Below, one piece after another: positions 39,113 to 46,228 of a stretch of DNA of 50,828 bases (position 1 is the first letter of the stretch; every line of letters begins with the position of its first letter). The position numbers were made by a program, and so were the translations under genes. Below the pieces are notes generated by a model, which was not told the DNA's origin, did not search any database, and worked only from the letters and a program-made list of their open reading frames with translations. This DNA is from Hyphomicrobiales bacterium (GTDB lineage: Bacteria; Pseudomonadota; Alphaproteobacteria; Rhizobiales; Xanthobacteraceae). Location: NCBI GenBank assembly GCA_039649225.1, contig JBBWZU010000651.1, forward strand, positions 1 to 50,828, read 5' to 3'.

Positions 39113-39850
39113 TCATTGACGCGACAAGGGCTGGGCCGGCTCCGCGCCCGCGCGTGGGGGGGCGAACGGCTGCATCGCGAGCGCAAGCAGCACAGCCTTG
39201 GCGGCGGGCTCGGCTGACGCAGGATTCTGCCCGGTGATCAGGTTGCCATCCGTCTCCGAATGCGGAAACCAGTTGGGCGCCCGGGTGAAGCGGCCGTCGT
39301 TCTCGCGCAGCATGTCCTCGACCAGGAACGGGACAACATCGGCCAGGCCGGCCGCAGCTTCCTCGGTGTTGGTGAAGCTGGTCACGATCTTGTCCTTGAC
39401 GAGCGGCAGGTCGCCTCCGCCACGTGCATGCCGAAAGGCCGCTGGGCCGTGACATACGGCGGCGACCGGTCGCCCGAGGCGATACATCCTCTCAATCAGC
39501 TCGACCGACACAGGATCCTCGGCGAGGTCCCACAGCGGCCCATGTCCGCCCGGATAGAATACGGCGTCGAACTCTTCATTGGCGATATCGCGCAGCTTCA
39601 CCGAGGCGGCAAGCCAGGCCTGCGTCTTCTTGTCGGCATAGAGCCGATGCGTCGCGGCCGTCTGAGCCTCCGGCCGTTCGCTCCGAGGATCGATCGGCGG
39701 GTGCCCGCCGCGCGGCGATGCGAGCGTGATATCGAGCCCCGCATCGCCGAAGGCATAGTAGGGAGCGGCGAACTCCTCCAGCCACACGCCGGTCTTGTGT
39801 CCGGTGTTGCCGAGCTTGTTGTGCGATGTCATCACCATCAAGATCTTCAT
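39113..39850 (-). CDS. Type 1 glutamine amidotransferase-like protein (DJ-1/PfpI superfamily, Hsp31-like)
   Basis: MKILMVMTSH..., FYPGGHGPLWDL, AAVCHGPAA nucleophile elbow. Confidence 0.8.
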   Translation of the reverse strand: MKILMVMTSHNKLGNTGHKTGVWLEEFAAPYYAFGDAGLDITLASPRGGHPPIDPRSERPEAQTAATHRLYADKKTQAWLAASVKLRDIANEEFDAVFYPGGHGPLWDLAEDPVSVELIERMYRLGRPVAAVCHGPAAFRHARGGGDLPLVKDKIVTSFTNTEEAAAGLADVVPFLVEDMLRENDGRFTRAPNWFPHSETDGNLITGQNPASAEPAAKAVLLALAMQPFAPPRAGAEPAQPLSRQ

Positions 39851-39883
39851 GGAGGCTTCACCTCGTGTTTCGCGTATTCCGCG

Positions 39884-40705
39884 CTAGTGCGCCACGATCA
39901 GCGGTATCGGCGCCTGATGCATCAGTTGATAGGTGACGCCGCCCAGCAGCCATTCGCGCAGGCGTGAATGGCCATAGCCGCCTATCACGATGAGATCGGC
40001 GCTACGCTCCTGCGCCTCCGCGATCAGCGTCGCCCCGATGCCGCTGCCACGCGGCCTGACATCGTGCAACTTGGCTCCGACGCCATGGTGCAGGAGGTGG
40101 TCCATGAGATCGTTGCCGTTGATCGGAGAGTACAGGCTGTCCTGCACGACAATGACATCCACCATCTCGGCCTTGCGCAGATAGGGCATCGCTTCCGCCA
40201 CGGCGCGCGTCGCCTCGCGCGTACCGTTCCAGGCAAGCGCGATGCGATCGAATGCCGCGGGCGCGGGCCTGTCGATCGGCGCGAGGAACAGGTGCCGGCC
40301 CGACCCGAACAGTACGCTCTCGATCACTTGGTCCGCCTCGTCCGAAGCGCCGTTCGGACGCAGTCCGACGAACACATCGGCGCCACGCGCCTCGCGCGCC
40401 GCAACATCGCCGCCCGATCCGGTGGCGACATCGATGCGTCGCAGCTCCACGGGTGACTGCAAGGTCGCCAGGCGGTGTCTGAGCGCTGCGTCGATCCGGT
40501 TGCCGTTCTCGACCGCTGCCTGCATCACCTGCGCGGCATGCGCCGCGCCTATTCCGTCCCATTCCGCGGGAACGAGCGGGGGCAGCATGTTGAGAAAGAG
40601 CGCCGTGATGTGGCTCTCGAAATATTCCGCGATGTCCGCGACGGCGGCCAGACGCACCTCGTCGACGGGCGTTCCGTCGAGCGACACCATTACGTCCTTG
40701 ATCAT
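39884..40705 (-). CDS. Universal stress protein with tandem Usp domains
   Basis: ATG 40705 has GGAGG upstream. Two UspA domains. The C-terminal motif is IGGYGHSRLREWLLGGVT. Confidence 0.85.
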   Translation of the reverse strand: MIKDVMVSLDGTPVDEVRLAAVADIAEYFESHITALFLNMLPPLVPAEWDGIGAAHAAQVMQAAVENGNRIDAALRHRLATLQSPVELRRIDVATGSGGDVAAREARGADVFVGLRPNGASDEADQVIESVLFGSGRHLFLAPIDRPAPAAFDRIALAWNGTREATRAVAEAMPYLRKAEMVDVIVVQDSLYSPINGNDLMDHLLHHGVGAKLHDVRPRGSGIGATLIAEAQERSADLIVIGGYGHSRLREWLLGGVTYQLMHQAPIPLIVAH

Positions 40706-40755
40706 GGATACCTCCAAGATGCAGCCGGAGCATGCCCCACGGCACAGATTTGTCG

Positions 40756-40769
40756 TTGACGACGATCAA
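40756..40769. promoter_or_regulatory. FixK/FNR-type box TTGA-N6-TCAA (ttgacgacgatcaa)
   Basis: Perfect half-sites, centred about 58 bp upstream of USP ATG 40705. The 14-mer is identical to the box at 47667. Confidence 0.65.
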
Positions 40770-40798
40770 ATTTGCAGCGGCGCAACTCAGATAACAAC

Positions 40799-40812
40799 TT
40801 GATGCCCGTCAA
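40799..40812. promoter_or_regulatory. FixK/FNR-type box TTGA-N6-TCAA (ttgatgcccgtcaa)
   Basis: Perfect half-sites, centred about 72 bp upstream of ATG 40877. Confidence 0.65.
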
Positions 40813-40876
40813 AGCGGCCTCGTCGTACAACGGCGTAGTTCGTCAACGTTGTCCCACGCCGACGCTTGAGGAGCAG

Positions 40877-42073
40877 ATGCTTCACATCGACATCCCGACA
40901 TTGACCGAGTTTAAGGCGCTGGCCGCGATGAGAGGCGATGCCTGCGTGTCACTCTATCTGCCGGCGTCGCCGTTCCCTCATCAGGCGCGCGCCAATCGCG
41001 TTGCGTTCAAGGACATCGCCAAAACAGCCCTTGCCCAATTGCACGAGGCCGGCTTCGACAAGCGCCGGCTCGCGGCCTTGGAGCAGCGGTTCGATCATTT
41101 GGCCGGCGCTGACGAAGACAATGTCCAGGACCAGGATCATATCCGCAAGCTGCAGAACAGGAAGCCAAGCGAGGTGGACGCGTTCTGGATCAACCAGACA
41201 AATGGTCTGGGAGTGCTGGCAACGCCCGAGACACTGCGCACGTTCCGCCTGCCGTTCGCTCCAAAACCGCTCGCCGAGGTCGCAAACCGCTTTCATCTGA
41301 CGCCGCTCATTCGCGTCATGACCTCGCCGCACGACGTGTTCGTGCTGGCTTTATCGGAGGAAAGTGTACGGCTGGCGCATGTGTTCGCGAACCTGGCCGC
41401 GATCGAAATCAAGGTTCCGAATTTGCCGCATACGGCCGCGGAGGCGACGCGGCGCCCGTCGATCCATGTGCGCGCGCCGCGCGGCCACCTGCAAAATCTC
41501 GAAGGCGAGAAAGTGCTGCTGCAGAAATACGCGCGCCAGGTGAATCAGGCCGTCTGCGCCGCGCTTGCCGGGCAGGCGACGCCATTGGTGCTGGCGGCCG
41601 CCCAGCCGATCGCCTCGATCTTCCGTTCCGTGAGCTGCTATCCGCGTCTGCTCGACGAGGGGATACAGGACGCCGGCCACATGAGCATTGCGCAGCTCGC
41701 CGATGCGGCGCTTCCGATCCTTAATCGGCTTCATGGCCGTGAGTTGAAGGCGATCATCGCGCGCTACGATGAACTCAAGCCCCGCCGCGCCACCACGGAT
41801 ATCTCCTATGCGTCGCACGCCGTAACTGCAGGGGCTCTCGAAGAGCTGTTGGTCGATCTCGATGCGGTGGTCCCCGGCTTGGTGAGCGACTACGATGGCA
41901 GCGTCACCTATGCGACGTCCGACGACGCGGAAACCTATAGCGTCGTGGATGAGATCGCGCGCCGCGCAGTTTGCTCCGGCGCGCACGTGCTCGGCGCCCG
42001 GCGTGATGAACTGCCCGACCGAGCCTCGCTGATTGCAATCCTTCGCTATCAGTTCGGGACAATCGCGGGCTAG
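40877..42073 (+). CDS. eRF1/Pelota-like protein (bacterial baeRF-type family, tentative)
   Basis: ATG 40877 has GAGGAG upstream; 398 aa. The C-terminal part ...AVTAGALEELLVDLDAVVPG...VDEIARRAVCSGAHVLGARRDELPDRASLIAILRY mirrors the eRF1/Pelota domain-3 ending (..GAV..LLV.....GA.V..V......GI.AILRY). No GGQ motif was seen. Confidence 0.55.
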   Translation: MLHIDIPTLTEFKALAAMRGDACVSLYLPASPFPHQARANRVAFKDIAKTALAQLHEAGFDKRRLAALEQRFDHLAGADEDNVQDQDHIRKLQNRKPSEVDAFWINQTNGLGVLATPETLRTFRLPFAPKPLAEVANRFHLTPLIRVMTSPHDVFVLALSEESVRLAHVFANLAAIEIKVPNLPHTAAEATRRPSIHVRAPRGHLQNLEGEKVLLQKYARQVNQAVCAALAGQATPLVLAAAQPIASIFRSVSCYPRLLDEGIQDAGHMSIAQLADAALPILNRLHGRELKAIIARYDELKPRRATTDISYASHAVTAGALEELLVDLDAVVPGLVSDYDGSVTYATSDDAETYSVVDEIARRAVCSGAHVLGARRDELPDRASLIAILRYQFGTIAG

Positions 42074-42122
42074 CCGGCGACCACGCTGCACATATCAAGC
42101 CGAGCCGGATTCCTGAGTGCTC

Positions 42123-42136
42123 TTGACGCCCATCAA
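42123..42136. promoter_or_regulatory. FixK/FNR-type box TTGA-N6-TCAA (ttgacgcccatcaa)
   Basis: Perfect half-sites, centred about 111 bp upstream of ATG 42240. It overlaps an 11-nt direct repeat, tgacgcccatc, at 42124-42134 and 42137-42147. Confidence 0.55.
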
Positions 42137-42239
42137 TGACGCCCATCGGCGCGATATGGTTGATTTTGCGCGACGGCCGAGTACGCGCGAGCCGATGCCA
42201 CGTGGACCTTCGCGCCGCTTTCAAAACCAGGAGATCGCC

Positions 42240-42635
42240 ATGCGACAACAACTTCGCGCCGGCGCGACCGCGTTTGCGCTTCTCGCCAGCATCAGCCTCG
42301 CCTCCGCGCAGCGTGGGCAGGCCGCCGATCAGCCCCTGACCCAGCAGCAGCAGCAATCCGTCAACCAAGGGCTGGCGAACCAGCCGACCGACTCAGCGCC
42401 GGCAGGATATCAAGGCCAGGTCGGCAGCAAGATGCCGGACTCGATGTCGGCGCATCCGATGCCGAACAGCGTTGCGTCGGATGTGCCGGAAACCAAGAAC
42501 CTCCTGTTCGTCAAGCTGCCTGACCGCGTGTTGCTGATCGATCCGGACAGCAAGGCGATCGCCGAGATCCTGCTTGCCGGCGACACGACCGGCAGCACGT
42601 CCGACCAGCAGAACCAGCAAAATCAGCAGAAGTAG
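42240..42635 (+). CDS. Secreted Gln-rich protein with one DUF1236-like C-terminal module
   Basis: AGGAGA lies upstream of ATG 42240. Signal peptide MRQQLRAGATAFALLASISLASA. LLFVKLPDRVLLIDPDSKAIAEIL resembles the repeated modules of 46229-47596. Confidence 0.65.
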   Translation: MRQQLRAGATAFALLASISLASAQRGQAADQPLTQQQQQSVNQGLANQPTDSAPAGYQGQVGSKMPDSMSAHPMPNSVASDVPETKNLLFVKLPDRVLLIDPDSKAIAEILLAGDTTGSTSDQQNQQNQQK

Positions 42636-42654
42636 GCGCCCGTTGGCGCTGCTA

Positions 42655-42679
42655 CGGCGCGCCGATCCACGGCGCGCCG
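42655..42679 (+). terminator. GC-only 9-bp hairpin (cggcgcgcc-gatccac-ggcgcgccg) after 42240-42635
   Basis: Perfect stem with a 7-nt loop, preceded by a smaller hairpin at 42636-42649. No U-tract follows, so terminator function is uncertain. Confidence 0.3.
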
Positions 42680-42700
42680 CTAGACCGACGAGTAAAGATC

Positions 42701-43090
42701 ATGACCGTCAAGCTCAAGCGCAGCGGCTTCGAGCAGGCCCAGAAACTGATCCGCGAGCGGTGCTGCGTGCTCGATGTACGCGACGACTGGAGCGATCATC
42801 GGCCCGCGCGCACGGCCAAAAACCGCTTCATCGAGGAATACGGCTGGGCCGCGTTCGGCAAATGGCACCTCGGCGAGGATGACGAGATCGCCGAGCACAA
42901 CAAGAGCCGCTACAAGCTTCCGTACGGCGACTTCAAGAATGTACACCGTTGCGCGGTGCTCTCCGCCGAGTCGCGTGCCGGCCGGTACAAATATGCCGAA
43001 ATCGAGCTCGCAGCCGCGCATCTGCACGGCATGCTGGATGAACTGATGCCGGAGTCCGACAAGGAGCGACGGCATGTTTCGACACCTTGA
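42701..43090 (+). CDS. Hypothetical protein
   Basis: 129-aa ORF with protein-like composition (…YKLPYGDFKNVHRCAVLSAESRAGRYKYAEIELAAAHLHGML…). No family recognised. Confidence 0.5.
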   Translation: MTVKLKRSGFEQAQKLIRERCCVLDVRDDWSDHRPARTAKNRFIEEYGWAAFGKWHLGEDDEIAEHNKSRYKLPYGDFKNVHRCAVLSAESRAGRYKYAEIELAAAHLHGMLDELMPESDKERRHVSTP

Positions 43091-43403
43091 GGCGGCGCTT
43101 CTCTCTCTCATCACGCTGGCGGCGGTAGATCGCGTGCCCGAATTCAATATCGAACCGATTTGCCGCGAGGTTGCCGGCCGCGCCGACGCGCCGCGCTACA
43201 AGGAGACCTGTCTGCGCAAGGAGCGCGAAGCACAGGAGCAACTTAGGCAGAAGTGGGCGACGTTTCGGGCTTCCGATCGATCGTATTGCACGCAGCTTGC
43301 GTCGCTCGGCGGCGTGCCGAGCTATGTCGAGCTGCTCACCTGTCTCGACGTTGCGCAAAGCGTGGGGCGTGCGAGAGGCGAAAACGCGCGCCAGAACTTC
43401 TGA
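43074..43403 (+). CDS. Small secreted 4-Cys protein, unknown function
   Basis: 109 aa with a hydrophobic N-terminus and four Cys. Overlaps the upstream ORF by 17 nt. Confidence 0.5.
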   Translation: MFRHLEAALLSLITLAAVDRVPEFNIEPICREVAGRADAPRYKETCLRKEREAQEQLRQKWATFRASDRSYCTQLASLGGVPSYVELLTCLDVAQSVGRARGENARQNF

Positions 43404-43553
43404 ACCGCCACACCGGCGCGGATGAAAATTGATCGCGGCCAGAGCGACTATCCTGCCTCCGTTCAACATTCCCGCGGTGAGTGACGGGCGCATGCCGCTC
43501 AATTGTTGCAAGTAGCTCGCCCCTTCCATCGTTCTCAACCAAAGCCAATCGTG

Positions 43554-43567
43554 TTGACAGCGGTCAA
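43554..43567. promoter_or_regulatory. FixK/FNR-type box TTGA-N6-TCAA (ttgacagcggtcaa)
   Basis: Perfect half-sites, centred about 64 bp upstream of ATG 43624. Confidence 0.65.
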
Positions 43568-43623
43568 TGCCGCGCACGGGGGTTGCGGCGATAAGTGTAA
43601 AATCCCTAGAAGGAGATATTCCA

Positions 43624-43896
43624 ATGTGGAAGACCCTCACCCTGGCTGGAATCGTACTGACAATCTCCCTGAGCAATGGCTCAGCCGCCGTCGTCAGCCC
43701 GCAAGCTGCGGCGGTGATGGCGGACATTCCCAAAATGGCTGAATCGGTTGCATGGGTTTGCGGTCCTCACCGTTGCGCCTGGAGGCCGGGATGGCACGGC
43801 TTTGTGCCGCGCTGGGCGATTTGGGGTCCGCCCCGACTGCCTGGCTGCTTCTATGAGCGGCGTCGGTTCCGTTGGGTTGAAATTTGCCCCATTTGA
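43624..43896 (+). CDS. Small secreted Cys/Trp/Arg-rich protein, unknown function
   Basis: AAGGAG lies upstream of ATG 43624. Signal peptide MWKTLTLAGIVLTISLSNGSAA. The mature part is WVCGPHRCAWRPGWHGFVPRWAIWGPPRLPGCFYERRRFRWVEICPI. Confidence 0.6.
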   Translation: MWKTLTLAGIVLTISLSNGSAAVVSPQAAAVMADIPKMAESVAWVCGPHRCAWRPGWHGFVPRWAIWGPPRLPGCFYERRRFRWVEICPI

Positions 43897-43989
43897 TCGT
43901 CGCATCGGCTTGTTCGGCCAGCTTTGCTGTTCATGCAATTCTGATCGACTATGCTTGCAACTCCGATCGACTGAGTCGGGGCTAGCGTG

Positions 43990-44427
43990 ATGCGGCCTGG
44001 TCTTTGCGCTTTCGCTGCCGCGGCAGGCTTTCTCGGGGCAGCGCTCTATATCAGCCTTGTCGAGCAGCCGGCGCGGCTTGCCTTGAGCAGCCGTGCGATG
44101 ATTCAGGAATGGATCCCGAGCAATCGGCGCGGCACGCTGATGTTGTCAGTCCTTGCGGTGGTGTCTGCATTGTTCGCTCAGCTTCAGTTTGCGACGAGCG
44201 GTGACGTGCGCTGGACCATTGGCGGACTCATAATTCTGGCGAGCTGGCCATACGCCTACTTCGTGATGGTCCCGGTCAACATCCGGCTCTATGCAATTGC
44301 GCCGGGGCGCGCCGTTTCGGCGGCCCGAAGGCTGATGCGCGACTGGAGTCTGCTGGAATGGGGCCAGGTGTTGATCGGCCTTGCGGCCTGCGGTGTGTTC
44401 GCGTGGGCGCTGGCGTTGCCAGCGTGA
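43990..44427 (+). CDS. DUF1772 (anthrone-oxygenase-like) membrane protein
   Basis: Four TM helices with ...LVEQPARL...WPYAYFVMVPVNIRL..., typical of DUF1772. The start is ATG 43990 or GTG 43987. Confidence 0.6.
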   Translation: MRPGLCAFAAAAGFLGAALYISLVEQPARLALSSRAMIQEWIPSNRRGTLMLSVLAVVSALFAQLQFATSGDVRWTIGGLIILASWPYAYFVMVPVNIRLYAIAPGRAVSAARRLMRDWSLLEWGQVLIGLAACGVFAWALALPA

Positions 44428-44487
44428 GTGCCATGCCGATCGCGGAAGCGATAGCTCGATCATGCTCTGCTGCGGAGATCATACGCA

Positions 44488-44910
44488 ATGGGCAACCCGA
44501 CGCAGATCGAGACGACCATTCGGGTGGCGTCGATGCGCCAGATCCACGCCGCTATAGACCATTTGCGCAGAGGTGATTTTGAGTGCGCCATAACTCTTGC
44601 CGCCTCCGGCGAAGGTATGCTGCCCGCAGCCGAGAGGTCCGATTCTATTCTGAAAACGATTGCGCTGATCCCGATGCCGGCTTTGAGCCACGCGGAGGCC
44701 CGGGTGAACGAGCTCATAGATTGGCTGACGCACGGCACAGGAGCCGACGGCACGCGGCTTGAACTGGCGAGGATTTCGGAGATCGAAATGATAGCCACGG
44801 TTCTTCGCGCGATCTCGAGATTCGAGCCGGTTTATGGGATCACTCCGCAGATGAGGCAATTCGCCAAATGTGCCATCTCGACCCTGCAGCGCCGGGAGGA
44901 GCGAGCCTAG
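44488..44910 (+). CDS. Hypothetical protein
   Basis: 140-aa soluble ORF. No family recognised. Confidence 0.45.
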   Translation: MGNPTQIETTIRVASMRQIHAAIDHLRRGDFECAITLAASGEGMLPAAERSDSILKTIALIPMPALSHAEARVNELIDWLTHGTGADGTRLELARISEIEMIATVLRAISRFEPVYGITPQMRQFAKCAISTLQRREERA

Positions 44911-44953
44911 TGCACGACGTCGGCGGTTTCGAGCGGCAAAGGGTGCCGCGGCG

Positions 44954-45409
44954 CTAAGCGTCCGCCGGGAATTGTATGTGCTGTCTGAGCCAATCGCGCA
45001 GCGTGCGGCCGTCGATCGCGCCGGCGCGCTGTGCGATGACCGCTCCGTTCAGGAACATTATCAGCATGGGGATGCTGCGGATGTTGTACTTCGCGGCGAT
45101 GTCCGGCGCCGCTTCGGTATCAAGCTTGAGAAAGCGGACCTCAGGCTCGAGCTCGCTCGCGGCGCGGGCAAAAACTGGAGCCATCATGTGGCAGGGGCCG
45201 CACCATTCGGCCCAAAAGTCCACGAGCACCGGAATACTGTTCTGCTGGATGTGGCGCTCGAAGCTCTGCGCCGAGACGGCGACCGGCGCGCCCGTGAACA
45301 GGGCCTTGTGGCAGCGTCCGCATTTGGCTTCGCGCGCGGGCTTGTTCGCCGGGACGCGATTCACGCTGTCGCAATGCGGGCAGACGATATGACGAGCGGC
45401 TTCCGCCAT
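44954..45409 (-). CDS. trxC: Thioredoxin 2 type (N-terminal zinc-finger thioredoxin)
   Basis: GAGGAG lies upstream of ATG 45409. Zn-finger CPHC...CGRC, then the WCGPC active site. Confidence 0.85.
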   Translation of the reverse strand: MAEAARHIVCPHCDSVNRVPANKPAREAKCGRCHKALFTGAPVAVSAQSFERHIQQNSIPVLVDFWAEWCGPCHMMAPVFARAASELEPEVRFLKLDTEAAPDIAAKYNIRSIPMLIMFLNGAVIAQRAGAIDGRTLRDWLRQHIQFPADA

Positions 45410-45465
45410 GGCTGATCTCCTCGATAGCGCCAACATAGTATCTATGGCAGGAAATCGGGAGTGCC

Positions 45466-45479
45466 TTGACGATCGTCAA
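45466..45479. promoter_or_regulatory. FixK/FNR-type box TTGA-N6-TCAA (ttgacgatcgtcaa)
   Basis: Fully palindromic 14-mer, centred about 64 bp upstream of trxC ATG 45409. Confidence 0.65.
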
Positions 45480-45508
45480 TCGCCTGCAACACGGACCGGG
45501 ACGGTGGT

Positions 45509-45793
45509 TTAGTAGCAGTCCTCGACGCGCCGGATGCGCCATCGCCATCCATCCCAGATTCGTTCGCGGCGGACATAGCAGCCCGGCGCGTAATAAATCG
45601 GCTCGTAGGGCTCGTAGTAGCGCGGTGCTGCCACAGCCGCGCCAATCAACGCGCCGGCCGCAAGGCCGCCAACGATCGGTGCGATCGGGAATCCGTGATG
45701 ATGACCCCAACGGGCATCAGCTGCGGTTGGAGCAGCAATCGCAGGGGCCGAGATCGTCGCGGCCGCCAGCAAAGTTGTGAGTGTCCTCGTCAT
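45509..45793 (-). CDS. Small secreted Gly/Ala-rich protein with a C-terminal Cys pair
   Basis: AAGGAG lies upstream of ATG 45793. Signal peptide MTRTLTTLLAAATISAPAIAAP, then a G/A-rich segment and YYAPGCYVRRERIWDGWRWRIRRVEDCY. Confidence 0.6.
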   Translation of the reverse strand: MTRTLTTLLAAATISAPAIAAPTAADARWGHHHGFPIAPIVGGLAAGALIGAAVAAPRYYEPYEPIYYAPGCYVRRERIWDGWRWRIRRVEDCY

Positions 45794-45883
45794 CGTACTT
45801 ACTCCTTCATGAGACAAGCCTGCCTTCGAAACGAACGCCACGCTGCGCGGCATGTTCCTGATTCACGCGAGGTGAAGCGAGAA

Positions 45884-45897
45884 TTGACGAACGCCAA
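45884..45897. promoter_or_regulatory. Degenerate FixK-type box (ttgacgaacgccaa, 1 mismatch)
   Basis: Centred about 98 bp upstream of ATG 45793. Seven of the 8 fixed bases match. Confidence 0.3.
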
Positions 45898-45936
45898 AAA
45901 TGCAGCGTGCCAAGCGAATCTCTCCCATGGTCCTGC

Positions 45937-46125
45937 CTATGGACCGCTCGCGGCCCTGAATATCGTAAGGCCGAGGAAGAGCAGCACGACGAAGATGACC
46001 ATGAAGATGTAGAACAGGACGCGCGCGATATCCGCGCTCGCGGCCGCGATGTCGGTGAAACCGAACAAGGCCGCCACCAGGGATATGAGGAGGAAGATCA
46101 GAGCCCATTTCAGGATCGTCGACAT
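45937..46125 (-). CDS. DUF1328 (UPF0391, YtjA-like) small membrane protein
   Basis: 62 aa. [52 protein letters not shown] is the characteristic two-helix DUF1328 sequence. Confidence 0.75.
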   Translation of the reverse strand: MSTILKWALIFLLISLVAALFGFTDIAAASADIARVLFYIFMVIFVVLLFLGLTIFRAASGP

Positions 46126-46228
46126 GGCGGGTTCCTTGTTCGGTTTTCAAGACTCAACGCGTTCAGTGGCCGTCACGCATCGGCAGGATGGCTACCGTGC
46201 TTGATCAGCTTCGGCGCGCAGCCTTGGA

